Below, in pieces: positions 40,401 through 54,250 of a DNA stretch of 64,000 nt. The translations under genes and the position numbers were made by a program. Origin of the DNA: Auanema rhodensis (Eukaryota; Animalia; Nematoda); assembly GCA_964057225.1 (NCBI GenBank), contig OZ059899.1:19282001-19346000 (forward strand), read 5' to 3'. Below the pieces are notes generated by a model. The model was not told the DNA's origin. It made no database searches and worked only from the letters and a program-made list of their open reading frames with translations. Every line of letters begins with the position of its first letter. The stretch's first letter is position 1.

Positions 40401-43400
40401 ACACGTGTTGTGCACTCGGTATGTAACTCGCTTCACGTGGAAGATAAAGAGATGCGGTTTTCAAAATTAGATTCCTCATGTCCATATTAGTCTAAAAACA
40501 ATTTTTTACTGATATTGGTGCATGGTAACCATGATTTTGAAATTTACGTGAACTTTAATTTATGCTAATTAAACGTACACGTGGTGTGCACTCGGTATGT
40601 AACTCGCTTCACGTGAAAGATAAAGAGATGCGGTTTTCAAAATTAGATTCCCCATGTCCATATTAGTCTAAAAACAAATTTTTATTGATATTGGTGCATG
40701 GTAACCATGACTTTGAAATTTACGTGAACTTTAATTTATGCTAATTAAACGTACACGTGGTGTGCACTCGGTATGTAACTCGCTTCACGTGAAAGATAAA
40801 GAGATGCGGTTTTCAAAATTAGATTCCCCATGTCTATATTAGTCTAAAAACAAATTTTTTTTGATATTGGTGCATGGTAACCATGATTTTGAAAATTACG
40901 TGAACTTTAATTTATGCTAATTAAACGTACACGTGGTGTGCACTCGGTATGTAACTCGCTTCACGTGAAAGATAAAGAGATGCGGTTTTCAAAATTAGAT
41001 TCCCCATTTCCATATTAGTCTAAAAACAAATTTTTATTGATATTGGTGCATGGTAACCATGACTTTGAAATTTACGTGAACTTTAATTTATGCTAATTAA
41101 ACGTACACGTGGTGTGCACTCGGTATGTAACTCGCTTCACGTGTAAGATAAAGAGATGCGGTTTTCAAAATTAGATTCCCCATGTCCATATTAGTCTAAA
41201 AACAAATTTTTATTGATATTGGTGCATGGTAACCATGACTTTGAAATTTACGTGAACTTTAATTTATGCTAATTAAACGTACACGTGGTGTGCACTCGGT
41301 ATGTAACTCGCTTCACGTGTAAGATAAAGATATGCGGTTTTCAAAATTAGATTCCCCATGTCCATATTAGTCTAAAAACAATTTTTATTGATATTGGTGC
41401 ATGGTAACCATGATTTTGAAATTTACGTGAACTTTAATTCATGTTAATTAAATGTACACGTGGTGTGCACTCGGTATGTAACTCGCTTCACGTGGAAGAT
41501 AAAGAGATGCGGTTTTCAAAAATAGATTCCCCATGTCCATATTAGTCTTAAAACAAATTTTCATTGATATTGGTGCATGGTAACCATGATTTTGAAAATT
41601 ACGTGAACTTTAATTTATGCTAATTAAATGTACACGTGGTGTGCACTCGGTATGTAACTCGCTTCACGTGAAAGTAAAAGAGATGCGGTTTTCAAAATTA
41701 GATTCCCCATGTCCATATTAGTCTAAAAACAAATTTTTATTGATATTGGTGCATGGTAACCATGACTTTGAATTTTACGTGAACTTTAATTTATGCTAAT
41801 TAAACGTACACGTGGTGTGCACTCGGTATGTAACTCGCTTCACGTGAAAGATAAAGAGATGCGGTTTTCAAAATTAGATTCCCCATGTCCATATTAGTCT
41901 AAAAACAATTTTTTACTGATATTGGTGCATGGTAACCATAACTTTGAAATTTACGTGAACTTTAATTTATGCTTATTAAACGTACACGTGGTGTGCAATC
42001 GGTATGTAACTCGCTTCACGTGTAAGATAAAGATATGCGGTTTTCAAAATTAGATTCCCCATGTCCATATTAGTCTAAAAACAAATTTTTATTGATATTG
42101 GTGCATGGTAACCATGATTTTGAAATTTACGTGAACTTTAATTCATGTTAATTAAATGTACACGTGGTGTGCACTTGGTATGTAACTCGCTTCACGTGAA
42201 AGATAAAAAGATGCAGTTTTTAAAATTAGATTCCCCATGTCCATATTAGTCTAAAAACAATTTTTTACTGATATTGGTGCATGGTAACCATAACTTTGAA
42301 ATTTACGTGAACTTTAATTTATGCTTATTAAACGTACACGTGGTGTGCAATCGGTATGTAACTCGCTTCACGTGAAAGATAAAGAGATGCAGTTATCAAA
42401 ATTAGATTCCCCATGTCCATATTAGTCTAAAAACAAATTTTTATTGATATTGGTGCATGGTAACCATGACTTTGAAATTTACGTGAACTTTAATTTATGC
42501 TAATTAAATGTACACGTGGTGTGCACTCGGTATGTAACTCGCTTCACGTGAAAGATAAAGAGATGCGGTTTTTAAAATTAGATTCCCCATGTCCATATTA
42601 GTCTAAAAACAAATTTTTATTGATATTGGTGCATGGTAACCATGACTTTGAAATTTACGTGAACTTTAATTTATGCTAATTAAATGTACACGTGGTGTGC
42701 ACTCGGTATGTAACTCGCTTCACGTGAAAGATAAAGAGATGCAGTTATCAAAATTAGATTCCCCATGTCCATATTAGTCTAAAAACAAATTTTTATTGAT
42801 ATTGGTGCATGGTAACCATGACTTTGAAATTTACGTGAACTTTAATTTATGCTAATTAAACGTACACGTGTTGTGCACTCGGTATGTAACTCGCTTCACG
42901 TGAAAGATAAAGAGATGCAGTTATCAAAATTAGATTCCCCATGTCCATATTAGTCTAAAAACAAATTTTTATTGATATTGGTGCATGGTAACCATGACTT
43001 TGAAATTTACGTGAACTTTAATTTATGCTAATTAAATGTACACGTGGTGTGCACTCGGTATGTAACTCGCTTCACGTGAAAGATAAAGAGATGCGGTTTT
43101 TAAAATTAGATTCCCCATGTCCATATTAGTCTAAAAACAAATTTTTATTGATATTGGTGCATGGTAACCATGACTTTGAAATTTACGTGAACTTTAATTT
43201 ATGCTAATTAAATGTACACGTGGTGTGCACTCGGTATGTAACTCGCTTCACGTGAAAGATAAAGAGATGCAGTTATCAAAATTAGATTCCCCATGTCCAT
43301 ATTAGTCTAAAAACAAATTTTTATTGATATTGGTGCATGGTAACCATGACTTTGAAATTTACGTGAACTTTAATTTATGCTAATTAAACGTACACGTGTT

Positions 43401-46400
43401 GTGCACTCGGTATGTAACTCGCTTCACGTGGAAGATAAAGAGATGCGGTTTTCAAAATTAGATTCCTCATGTCCATATTAGTCTAAAAACAATTTTTTAC
43501 TGATATTGGTGCATGGTAACCATGATTTTGAAATTTACGTGAACTTTAATTTATGCTAATTAAACGTACACGTGATGTGCACTTGGTATGTAACTCGCTT
43601 CACGTGAAAGATAAAGAGATGCGGTTTTTAAAATTAGATTCCCCATGTCCATATTAGTCTAAAAACAAATTTTTATTGATATTGTTGCATGGTAACCATG
43701 ACTTTGAAATTTACGTGAACTTTAATTTATGCTAATTAAATGTACACGTGGTGTGCACTCGGTATGTAACTCGCTTCACGTGAAAGATAAAGAGATGCAG
43801 TTATCAAAATTAGATTCCCCATGTCCATATTAGTCTAAAAACAAATTTTTATTGATATTGGTGCATGGTAACCATGACTTTGAAATTTACGTGAACTTTA
43901 ATTTATGCTAATTAAACGTACACGTGTTGTGCACTCGGTATGTAACTCGCTTCACGTGGAAGATAAAGAGATGCGGTTTTCAAAATTAGATTCCTCATGT
44001 CCATATTAGTCTAAAAACAATTTTTTACTGATATTGGTGCATGGTAACCATGATTTTGAAATTTACGTGAACTTTAATTTATGCTAATTAAACGTACACG
44101 TGATGTGCACTTGGTATGTAACTCGCTTCACGTGAAAGATAAAGAGATGCGGTTTTTAAAATTAGATTCCCCATGTCCATATTAGTCTAAAAACAATTTT
44201 TTACTGATATTGGTGCATGGTAACCATGATTTTGAAGTTTACGTGAACTTTAATTTATGCTAATTAAACGTACACGTGGTGTGCACTCGGTATGTAACTC
44301 GCTTCACGTGAAAGATAAAGAGATGCGGTTTTCAAAATTAGATTCCCCATGTCCATATTAGTCTAAAAACAAATTTTTATTGATATTGGTGCATGGTAAC
44401 CATGACTTTGAAATTTACGTGAACTTTAATTTATGCTAATTAAACGTACACGTGGTGTGCACTCGGTATGTAACTCGCTTCACGTGAAAGATAAAGAGAT
44501 GCGGTTTTCAAAATTAGATTCCCCATGTCCATATTAGTCTAAAAACAAATTTGTTTTGATATTGGTGTATGGTAACCATGATTTTGAAATTTACGTGAAC
44601 TTTAATTTATGCTAATTAAATGTACACGTGGTGTGCACTCGGTATGTAACTCGCTTCACGTGAAAGATAAAGAGATGCGGTTTTCAAAATTAGATTCCCC
44701 ATGTCTATATTAGTCTAAAAACAAATTTTTATTGATATTGGTGCATGGTAACCATGACTTTGAATTTTACGTGAACTTTAATTTATGCTAATTAAACGTA
44801 CACGTGGTGTGCAATCGGTATGTAACTCGCTTCACGTGAAAGATAAAGAGATGCGGTTTTCAAAATTAGATTCCCCATGTCCATATTAGTCTAAAAACAA
44901 ATTTTTATTGATATTGGTGCATGGTAACCATGACTTTGAAATTTACGTGAACTTTAATTTATGCTACATAAATCTACACGTGATGTGCAATTGGTATGTA
45001 ACTCGCTTCACGTGAAAGATAAAAAGATGCGGTTTTTAAAATTAGATTCCCCATGTCCATATTAGTCTAAAAACAATTTTTTACTGATATTGGTGCATGG
45101 TAACCATGACTTTGAAATTTACGTGAACTTTAATTTATGCTAATTAAACGTACACGTGGTGTGCACTCGGTATGTAACTCGCTTCACGTGTAAGATAAAG
45201 AGATGCGGTTTTCAAAATTAGATTCCCCATGTCCATATTAGTCTAAAAACAAATTTTTATTGATATTGGTGCATGGTAACCATGACTTTGAATTTTACGT
45301 GAACTTTAATTTATGCTAATTAAACGTACACGTGGTGTGCACTCGGTATGTAACTCGCTTCACGTGAAAGATAAAGAGATGCGGTTTTCAAAATTAGATT
45401 CCCCATGTCCATATTAGTCTAAAAACAAATTTTTATTGATATTGGTGCATGGTAACCATGACTTTGAAATTTACGTGAACTTTAATTTATGCTAATTAAA
45501 CGTACACGTGGTGTGCACTCGGTATGTAACTCGCTTCACGTGTAAGATAAAGAGATGCGGTTTTCAAAATTAGATTCCCCATGTCCATATTAGTCTAAAA
45601 ACAAATTTTTATTGATATTGGTGCATGGTAACCATGACTTTGAAATTTACGTGAACTTTAATTTATGCTAATTAAACGTACACGTGGTGTGCACTCGGTA
45701 TGTAACTCGCTTCACGTGTAAGATAAAGAGATGCGGTTTTCGAAATTAGATTCCCCATGTCCATATTAGTCTAAAAACAAATTTTTATTGATATTGGTGC
45801 ATGGTAACCATGACTTTGAAATTTACGTGAACTTTAATTTATGCTACATAAATCTACACGTGATGTGCAATTGGTATGTAACTCGCTTCACGTGAAAGAT
45901 AAAAAGATGCGGTTTTTAAAATTAGATTCCCCATGTCCATATTAGTCTAAAAACAATTTTTTACTGATATTGGTGCATGGTAACCATGACTTTGAAATTT
46001 ACGTGAACTTTAATTTATGCTAATTAAACGTACACGTGGTGTGCACTCGGTATGTAACTCGCTTCACGTGTAAGATAAAGAGATGCGGTTTTCAAAATTA
46101 GATTCCCCATGTCCATATTAGTCTAAAAACAAATTTTTATTGATATTGGTGCATGGTAACCATGATTTTGAAATTTACGTGAACTTTAATTCATGCTAAT
46201 TAAATGTACACGTGGTGTGCACTCGGTATGTAACTCGCTTCACGTGAAAGATAAAGAGATGCGGTTTTTAAAATTAGATTCCCCATGTCCATATTAGTCT
46301 AAAAACAATTTTTTACTGATATTGGTGCATGGTAACCATGATTTTGAAATTTACGTGAACTTTAATTTATGCTAATTAAACGTACACGTGGTGTGCACTC

Positions 46401-49400
46401 GGTATGTAACTCGCTTCACGTGAAAGATAAAGAGATGCGGTTCTCAAAATTAGATTCCCCATGTCCATATTAGTCTAAAAACAAATTTTTATTGATATTG
46501 GTGCATGGTAACCATGACTTTGAAATTTACGTGAACTTTAATTTATGCTAATTAAACGTACACGTGGTGTGCACTCGGTATGTAACTCGCTTCACGTGAA
46601 AGATAAAGAGATGCGGTTTTCAAAATTAGATTCCCCATGTCCATATTAGTCTAAAAACAAATTTTTTTTGATATTGGTGCATGGTAACCATGATTTTGAA
46701 ATTTACGTGAACTTTAATTTATGCTAATTAAATGTACACGTGGTGTGCACTTGGTATGTAACTCGCTTCACGTGAAAGATAAAGAGATGCGGTTTTCAAA
46801 ATTAGATTCCCCATGTCCATATTAGTCTAAAAACAAATTTTCATTGATATTGGTGCATGGTAACCATGATTTTGAAATTTACGTGAACTTTAATTTATGC
46901 TAATTAAACGTACACGTGGTGTGCACTCGGTATGTAACTCGCTTCACGTGTAAGATAAAGAGATGCGGTTTTCGAAATTAGATTCCCCATGTCCATATTA
47001 GTCTAAAAACAAATTTTTATTGATATTGGTGCATGGTAACCATGATTTTGAAATTTACGTGAACTTTAATTCATGCTAATTAAATGTACACGTGGTGTGC
47101 ACTCGGTATGTAACTCGTTTCACGTGAAAGATAAAGAGATGCAGTTATCAAAATTAGATTCCCCATGTCCATATTAGTCTAAAAACAATTTTTTACTGAT
47201 ATTGGTGCATGGTAACCATGATTTTGAAATTTACGTGAACTTTAATTTATGCTAATTAAACGTAAACGTGATGTGCACTTGGTATGTAACTCGCTTCACG
47301 TGAAAGATAAAGAGATGCGGTTTTTAAAATTAGATTCCCCATGTCCATATTAGTCTAAAAACAATTTTTTACTGATATTGGTGCATGGTAACCATGATTT
47401 TGAAATTTACGTGAACTTTAATTTATGCTAATTAAACGTACACGTGGTGTGCACTCGGTATGTAACTCGCTTCACGTGAAAGATAAAGAGATGCGGTTCT
47501 CAAAATTAGATTCCCCATGTCCATATTAGTCTAAAAACAAATTTTTATTGATATTGGTGCATGGTAACCATGACTTTGAAATTTACGTGAACTTTAATTT
47601 ATGCTAATTAAACGTACACGTGGTGTGCACTCGGTATGTAACTCGCTTCACGTGAAAGATAAAGAGATGCGGTTTTCAAAATTAGATTCCCCATGTCCAT
47701 ATTAGTCTAAAAACAAATTTTTTTTGATATTGGTGCATGGTAACCATGATTTTGAAATTTACGTGAACTTTAATTTATGCTAATTAAATGTACACGTGGT
47801 GTGCACTTGGTATGTAACTCGCTTCACGTGAAAGATAAAGAGATGCGGTTTTCGAAATTAGATTCCCCATGTCCATATTAGTCTAAAAACAAATTTTTAT
47901 TGATATTGGTGCATGGTAACCATGACTTTGAAATTTACGTGAACTTTAATTTATGCTAATTAAATGTACACGTGGTGTGCACTCGGTATGTAACTCGCTT
48001 CACGTGAAAGATAAAGAGATGCGGTTTTTAAAATTAGATTTCCCATGTCCATATTAGTCTAAAAACAAATTTTTATTGATATTGGTGCATGGTAACCATG
48101 ACTTTGAAATTTACGTGAACTTTAATTTATGCTAATTAAATGTACACGTGGTGTGCACTCGGTATGTAACTCGCTTCACGTGAAAGATAAAGAGATGCAG
48201 TTATCAAAATTAGATTCCCCATGTCCATATTAGTCTAAAAACAAATTTTTATTGATATTGGTGCATGGTAACCATGACTTTGAAATTTACGTGAACTTTA
48301 ATTTATGCTAATTAAACGTACACGTGTTGTGCACTCGGTATGTAACTCGCTTCACGTGGAAGATAAAGAGATGCGGTTTTCAAAATTAGATTCCTCATGT
48401 CCATATTAGTCTAAAAACAATTTTTTACTGATATTGGTGCATGGTAACCATGATTTTGAAATTTACGTGAACTTTAATTTATGCTAATTAAACGTAAACG
48501 TGATGTGCACTTGGTATGTAACTCGCTTCACGTGAAAGATAAAGAGATGCGGTTTTTAAAATTAGATTCCCCATGTCCATATTAGTCTAAAAACAATTTT
48601 TTACTGATATTGGTGCATGGTAACCATGATTTTGAAATTTACGTGAACTTTAATTTATGCTAATTAAACGTACACGTGGTGTGCACTCGGTATGTAACTC
48701 GCTTCACGTGAAAGATAAAGAGATGCGGTTCTCAAAATTAGATTCCCCATGTCCATATTAGTCTAAAAACAAATTTTTATTGATATTGGTGCATGGTAAC
48801 CATGATTTTGAAATTTACGTGAACTTTAATTTATGCTAATTAAACGTACACGTGGTGTGCACTCGGTATGTAACTCGCTTCACGTGAAAGATAAAGAGAT
48901 GCGGTTCTCAAAATTAGATTCCCCATGTCCATATTAGTCTAAAAACAAATTTTTATTGATATTGGTGCATGGTAACCATGATTTTGAAATTTACGTGAAC
49001 TTTAATTCATGCTAATTAAATGTACACGTGGTGTGCACTCGGTATGTAACTCGCTTCACGTGAAAGATAAAGAGATGCAGTTATCAAAATTAGATTCCCC
49101 ATGTCCATATTAGTCTAAAAACAATTTTTTACTGATATTGGTGCATGGTAACCATGATTTTGAAATTTACGTGAACTTTAATTTATGCTAATTAAACGTA
49201 AACGTGATGTGCACTTGGTATGTAACTCGCTTCACGTGAAAGATAAAGAGATGCGGTTTTTAAAATTAGATTCCCCATGTCCATATTAGTCTAAAAACAA
49301 TTTTTTACTGATATTGGTGCATGGTAACCATGATTTTGAAATTTACGTGAACTTTAATTTATGCTAATTAAACGTACACGTGGTGTGCACTCGGTATGTA

Positions 49401-50499
49401 ACTCGCTTCACGTGAAAGATAAAGAGATGCGGTTCTCAAAATTAGATTCCCCATGTCCATATTAGTCTAAAAACAAATTTTTTTTGATATTGGTGCATGG
49501 TAACCATGATTTTGAAATTTACGTGAACTTTAATTTATGCTAATTAAATGTACACGTGGTGTGCACTTGGTATGTAACTCGCTTCACGTGAAAGATAAAG
49601 AGATGCGGTTTTCGAAATTAGATTCCCCATGTCCATATTAGTCTAAAAACAAATTTTTATTGATATTGGTGCATGGTAACCATGACTTTGAAATTTACGT
49701 GAACTTTAATTTATGCTAATTAAATGTACACGTGGTGTGCACTCGGTATGTAACTCGCTTCACGTGAAAGATAAAGAGATGCGGTTTTTAAAATTAGATT
49801 TCCCATGTCCATATTAGTCTAAAAACAAATTTTTATTGATATTGGTGCATGGTAACCATGACTTTGAAATTTACGTGAACTTTAATTTATGCTAATTAAA
49901 TGTACACGTGGTGTGCACTCGGTATGTAACTCGCTTCACGTGAAAGATAAAGAGATGCAGTTATCAAAATTAGATTCCCCATGTCCATATTAGTCTAAAA
50001 ACAAATTTTTATTGATATTGGTGCATGGTAACCATGACTTTGAAATTTACGTGAACTTTAATTTATGCTAATTAAACGTACACGTGTTGTGCACTCGGTA
50101 TGTAACTCGCTTCACGTGGAAGATAAAGAGATGCAGTTATCAAAATTAGATTCCCCATGTCCATATTAGTCTAAAAACAAATTTTTATTGATATTGGTGC
50201 ATGGTAACCATGACTTTGAAATTTACGTGAACTTTAATTTATGCTAATTAAATGTACACGTGGTGTGCACTCGGTATGTAACTCGCTTCACGTGAAAGAT
50301 AAAGAGATGCAGTTATCAAAATTAGATTCCCCATGTCCATATTAGTCTAAAAACAAATTTTTATTGATATTGGTGCATGGTAACCATGACTTTGAAATTT
50401 ACGTGAACTTTAATTTATGCTAATTAAACGTACACGTGTTGTGCACTCGGTATGTAACTCGCTTCACGTGGAAGATAAAGAGATGCGGTTTTCAAAATT

Positions 50500-53400
50500 A
50501 GATTCCTCATGTCCATATTAGTCTAAAAACAATTTTTTACTGATATTGGTGCATGGTAACCATGATTTTGAAATTTACGTGAACTTTAATTTATGCTAAT
50601 TAAACGTAAACGTGATGTGCACTTGGTATGTAACTCGCTTCACGTGAAAGATAAAGAGATGCGGTTTTTAAAATTAGATTCCCATGTCCATATTAGTCTA
50701 AAAACAATTTTTTACTGATATTGGTGCATGGTAACCATGATTTTGAAATTTACGTGAACTTTAATTTATGCTAATTAAACGTACACGTGGTGTGCACTCG
50801 GTATGTAACTCGCTTCACGTGAAAGATAAAGAGATGCGGTTCTCAAAATTAGATTCCCCATGTCCATATTAGTCTAAAAACAAATTTTTATTGATATTGG
50901 TGCATGGTAACCATGACTTTGAAATTTACGTGAACTTTAATTTATGCTAATTAAACGTACACGTGGTGTGCACTCGGTATGTAACTCGCTTCACGTGAAA
51001 GATAAAGAGATGCGGTTTTCAAAATTAGATTCCCCATGTCCATATTAGTCTAAAAACAAATTTTTTTTGATATTGGTGCATGGTAACCATGATTTTGAAA
51101 TTTACGTGAACTTTAATTTATGCTAATTAAATGTACACGTGGTGTGCACTTGGTATGTAACTCGCTTCACGTGAAAGATAAAGAGATGCGGTTTTCAAAA
51201 TTAGATTCCCCATGTCCATATTAGTCTAAAAACAAATTTTTATTGATATTGGTGCATGGTAACCATGATTTTGAAATTTACGTGAACTTTAATTCATGCT
51301 AATTAAATGTACACGTGGTGTGCACTCGGTATGTAACTCGCTTCACGTGAAAGATAAAGAGATGCAGTTATCAAAATTAGATTCCCCATGTCCATATTAG
51401 TCTAAAAACAAATTTTCATTGATATTGGTGCATGGTAACCATGATTTTGAAATTTACGTGAACTTTAATTTATGCTAATTAAACGTACACGTGGTGTGCA
51501 CTCGGTATGTAACTCGCTTCACGTGTAAGATAAAGAGATGCGGTTTTCGAAATTAGATTCCCCATGTCCATATTAGTCTAAAAACAAATTTTTATTGATA
51601 TTGGTGCATGGTAACCATGATTTTGAAATTTACGTGAACTTTAATTCATGCTAATTAAATGTACACGTGGTGTGCACTCGGTATGTAACTCGCTTCACGT
51701 GAAAGATAAAGAGATGCAGTTATCAAAATTAGATTCCCCATGTCCATATTAGTCTAAAAACAATTTTTTACTGATATTGGTGCATGGTAACCATGATTTT
51801 GAAATTTACGTGAACTTTAATTTATGCTAATTAAACGTAAACGTGATGTGCACTTGGTATGTAACTCGCTTCACGTGAAAGATAAAGAGATGCGGTTTTT
51901 AAAATTAGATTCCCCATGTCCATATTAGTCTAAAAACAATTTTTTACTGATATTGGTGCATGGTAACCATGATTTTGAAATTTACGTGAACTTTAATTTA
52001 TGCTAATTAAACGTACACGTGGTGTGCACTCGGTATGTAACTCGCTTCACGTGAAAGATAAAGAGATGCGGTTCTCAAAATTAGATTCCCCATGTCCATA
52101 TTAGTCTAAAAACAAATTTTTATTGATATTGGTGCATGGTAACCATGACTTTGAAATTTACGTGAACTTTAATTTATGCTAATTAAACGTACACGTGGTG
52201 TGCACTCGGTATGTAACTCGCTTCACGTGAAAGATAAAGAGATGCGGTTTTCAAAATTAGATTCCTCATGTCCATATTAGTCTAAAAACAATTTTTTACT
52301 GATATTGGTGCATGGTAACCATGATTTTGAAATTTACGTGAACTTTAATTTATGCTAATTAAACGTAAACGTGATGTGCACTTGGTATGTAACTCGCTTC
52401 ACGTGAAAGATAAAGAGATGCGGTTTTTAAAATTAGATTCCCATGTCCATATTAGTCTAAAAACAATTTTTTACTGATATTGGTGCATGGTAACCATGAT
52501 TTTGAAATTTACGTGAACTTTAATTTATGCTAATTAAACGTACACGTGGTGTGCACTCGGTATGTAACTCGCTTCACGTGAAAGATAAAGAGATGCGGTT
52601 CTCAAAATTAGATTCCCCATGTCCATATTAGTCTAAAAACAAATTTTTATTGATATTGGTGCATGGTAACCATGACTTTGAAATTTACGTGAACTTTAAT
52701 TTATGCTAATTAAACGTACACGTGGTGTGCACTCGGTATGTAACTCGCTTCACGTGAAAGATAAAGAGATGCGGTTTTCAAAATTAGATTCCCCATGTCC
52801 ATATTAGTCTAAAAACAAATTTTTTTTGATATTGGTGCATGGTAACCATGATTTTGAAATTTACGTGAACTTTAATTTATGCTAATTAAATGTACACGTG
52901 GTGTGCACTTGGTATGTAACTCGCTTCACGTGAAAGATAAAGAGATGCGGTTTTCAAAATTAGATTCCCCATGTCCATATTAGTCTAAAAACAAATTTTT
53001 ATTGATATTGGTGCATGGTAACCATGATTTTGAAATTTACGTGAACTTTAATTCATGCTAATTAAATGTACACGTGGTGTGCACTCGGTATGTAACTCGC
53101 TTCACGTGAAAGATAAAGAGATGCAGTTATCAAAATTAGATTCCCCATGTCCATATTAGTCTAAAAACAAATTTTCATTGATATTGGTGCATGGTAACCA
53201 TGATTTTGAAATTTACGTGAACTTTAATTTATGCTAATTAAACGTACACGTGGTGTGCACTCGGTATGTAACTCGCTTCACGTGTAAGATAAAGAGATGC
53301 GGTTTTCGAAATTAGATTCCCCATGTCCATATTAGTCTAAAAACAAATTTTTATTGATATTGGTGCATGGTAACCATGATTTTGAAATTTACGTGAACTT

Positions 53401-54250
53401 TAATTCATGCTAATTAAATGTACACGTGGTGTGCACTCGGTATGTAACTCGCTTCACGTGAAAGATAAAGAGATGCAGTTATCAAAATTAGATTCCCCAT
53501 GTCCATATTAGTCTAAAAACAATTTTTTACTGATATTGGTGCATGGTAACCATGATTTTGAAATTTACGTGAACTTTAATTTATGCTAATTAAACGTAAA
53601 CGTGATGTGCACTTGGTATGTAACTCGCTTCACGTGAAAGATAAAGAGATGCGGTTTTTAAAATTAGATTCCCCATGTCCATATTAGTCTAAAAACAATT
53701 TTTTACTGATATTGGTGCATGGTAACCATGATTTTGAAATTTACGTGAACTTTAATTTATGCTAATTAAACGTACACGTGGTGTGCACTCGGTATGTAAC
53801 TCGCTTCACGTGAAAGATAAAGAGATGCGGTTCTCAAAATTAGATTCCCCATGTCCATATTAGTCTAAAAACAAATTTTTATTGATATTGGTGCATGGTA
53901 ACCATGACTTTGAAATTTACGTGAACTTTAATTTATGCTAATTAAACGTACACGTGGTGTGCACTCGGTATGTAACTCGCTTCACGTGAAAGATAAAGAG
54001 ATGCGGTTTTCAAAATTAGATTCCCCATGTCCATATTAGTCTAAAAACAAATTTTTTTTGATATTGGTGCATGGTAACCATGATTTTGAAATTTACGTGA
54101 ACTTTAATTTATGCTAATTAAATGTACACGTGGTGTGCACTTGGTATGTAACTCGCTTCACGTGAAAGATAAAGAGATGCGGTTTTCAAAATTAGATTCC
54201 CCATGTCCATATTAGTCTAAAAACAAATTTTTATTGATATTGGTGCATGG
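50500..54250. repeat. 10-monomer (1759 bp) tandem duplication carrying a 1-bp deletion
   Basis: ATTCCTCAT at 50507/52266. The CCCC>CCC deletion occurs at about 50681 and 52440. TTTTCATTG and TTTCGAAA markers also pair. Confidence 0.92.

Noticed and set aside
45736-45760. CENP-B box suggested by the TTTCG variant
   Set aside because: It lacks the rest of the NTTCGNNNNANNCGGGN consensus; there is no CGGG.
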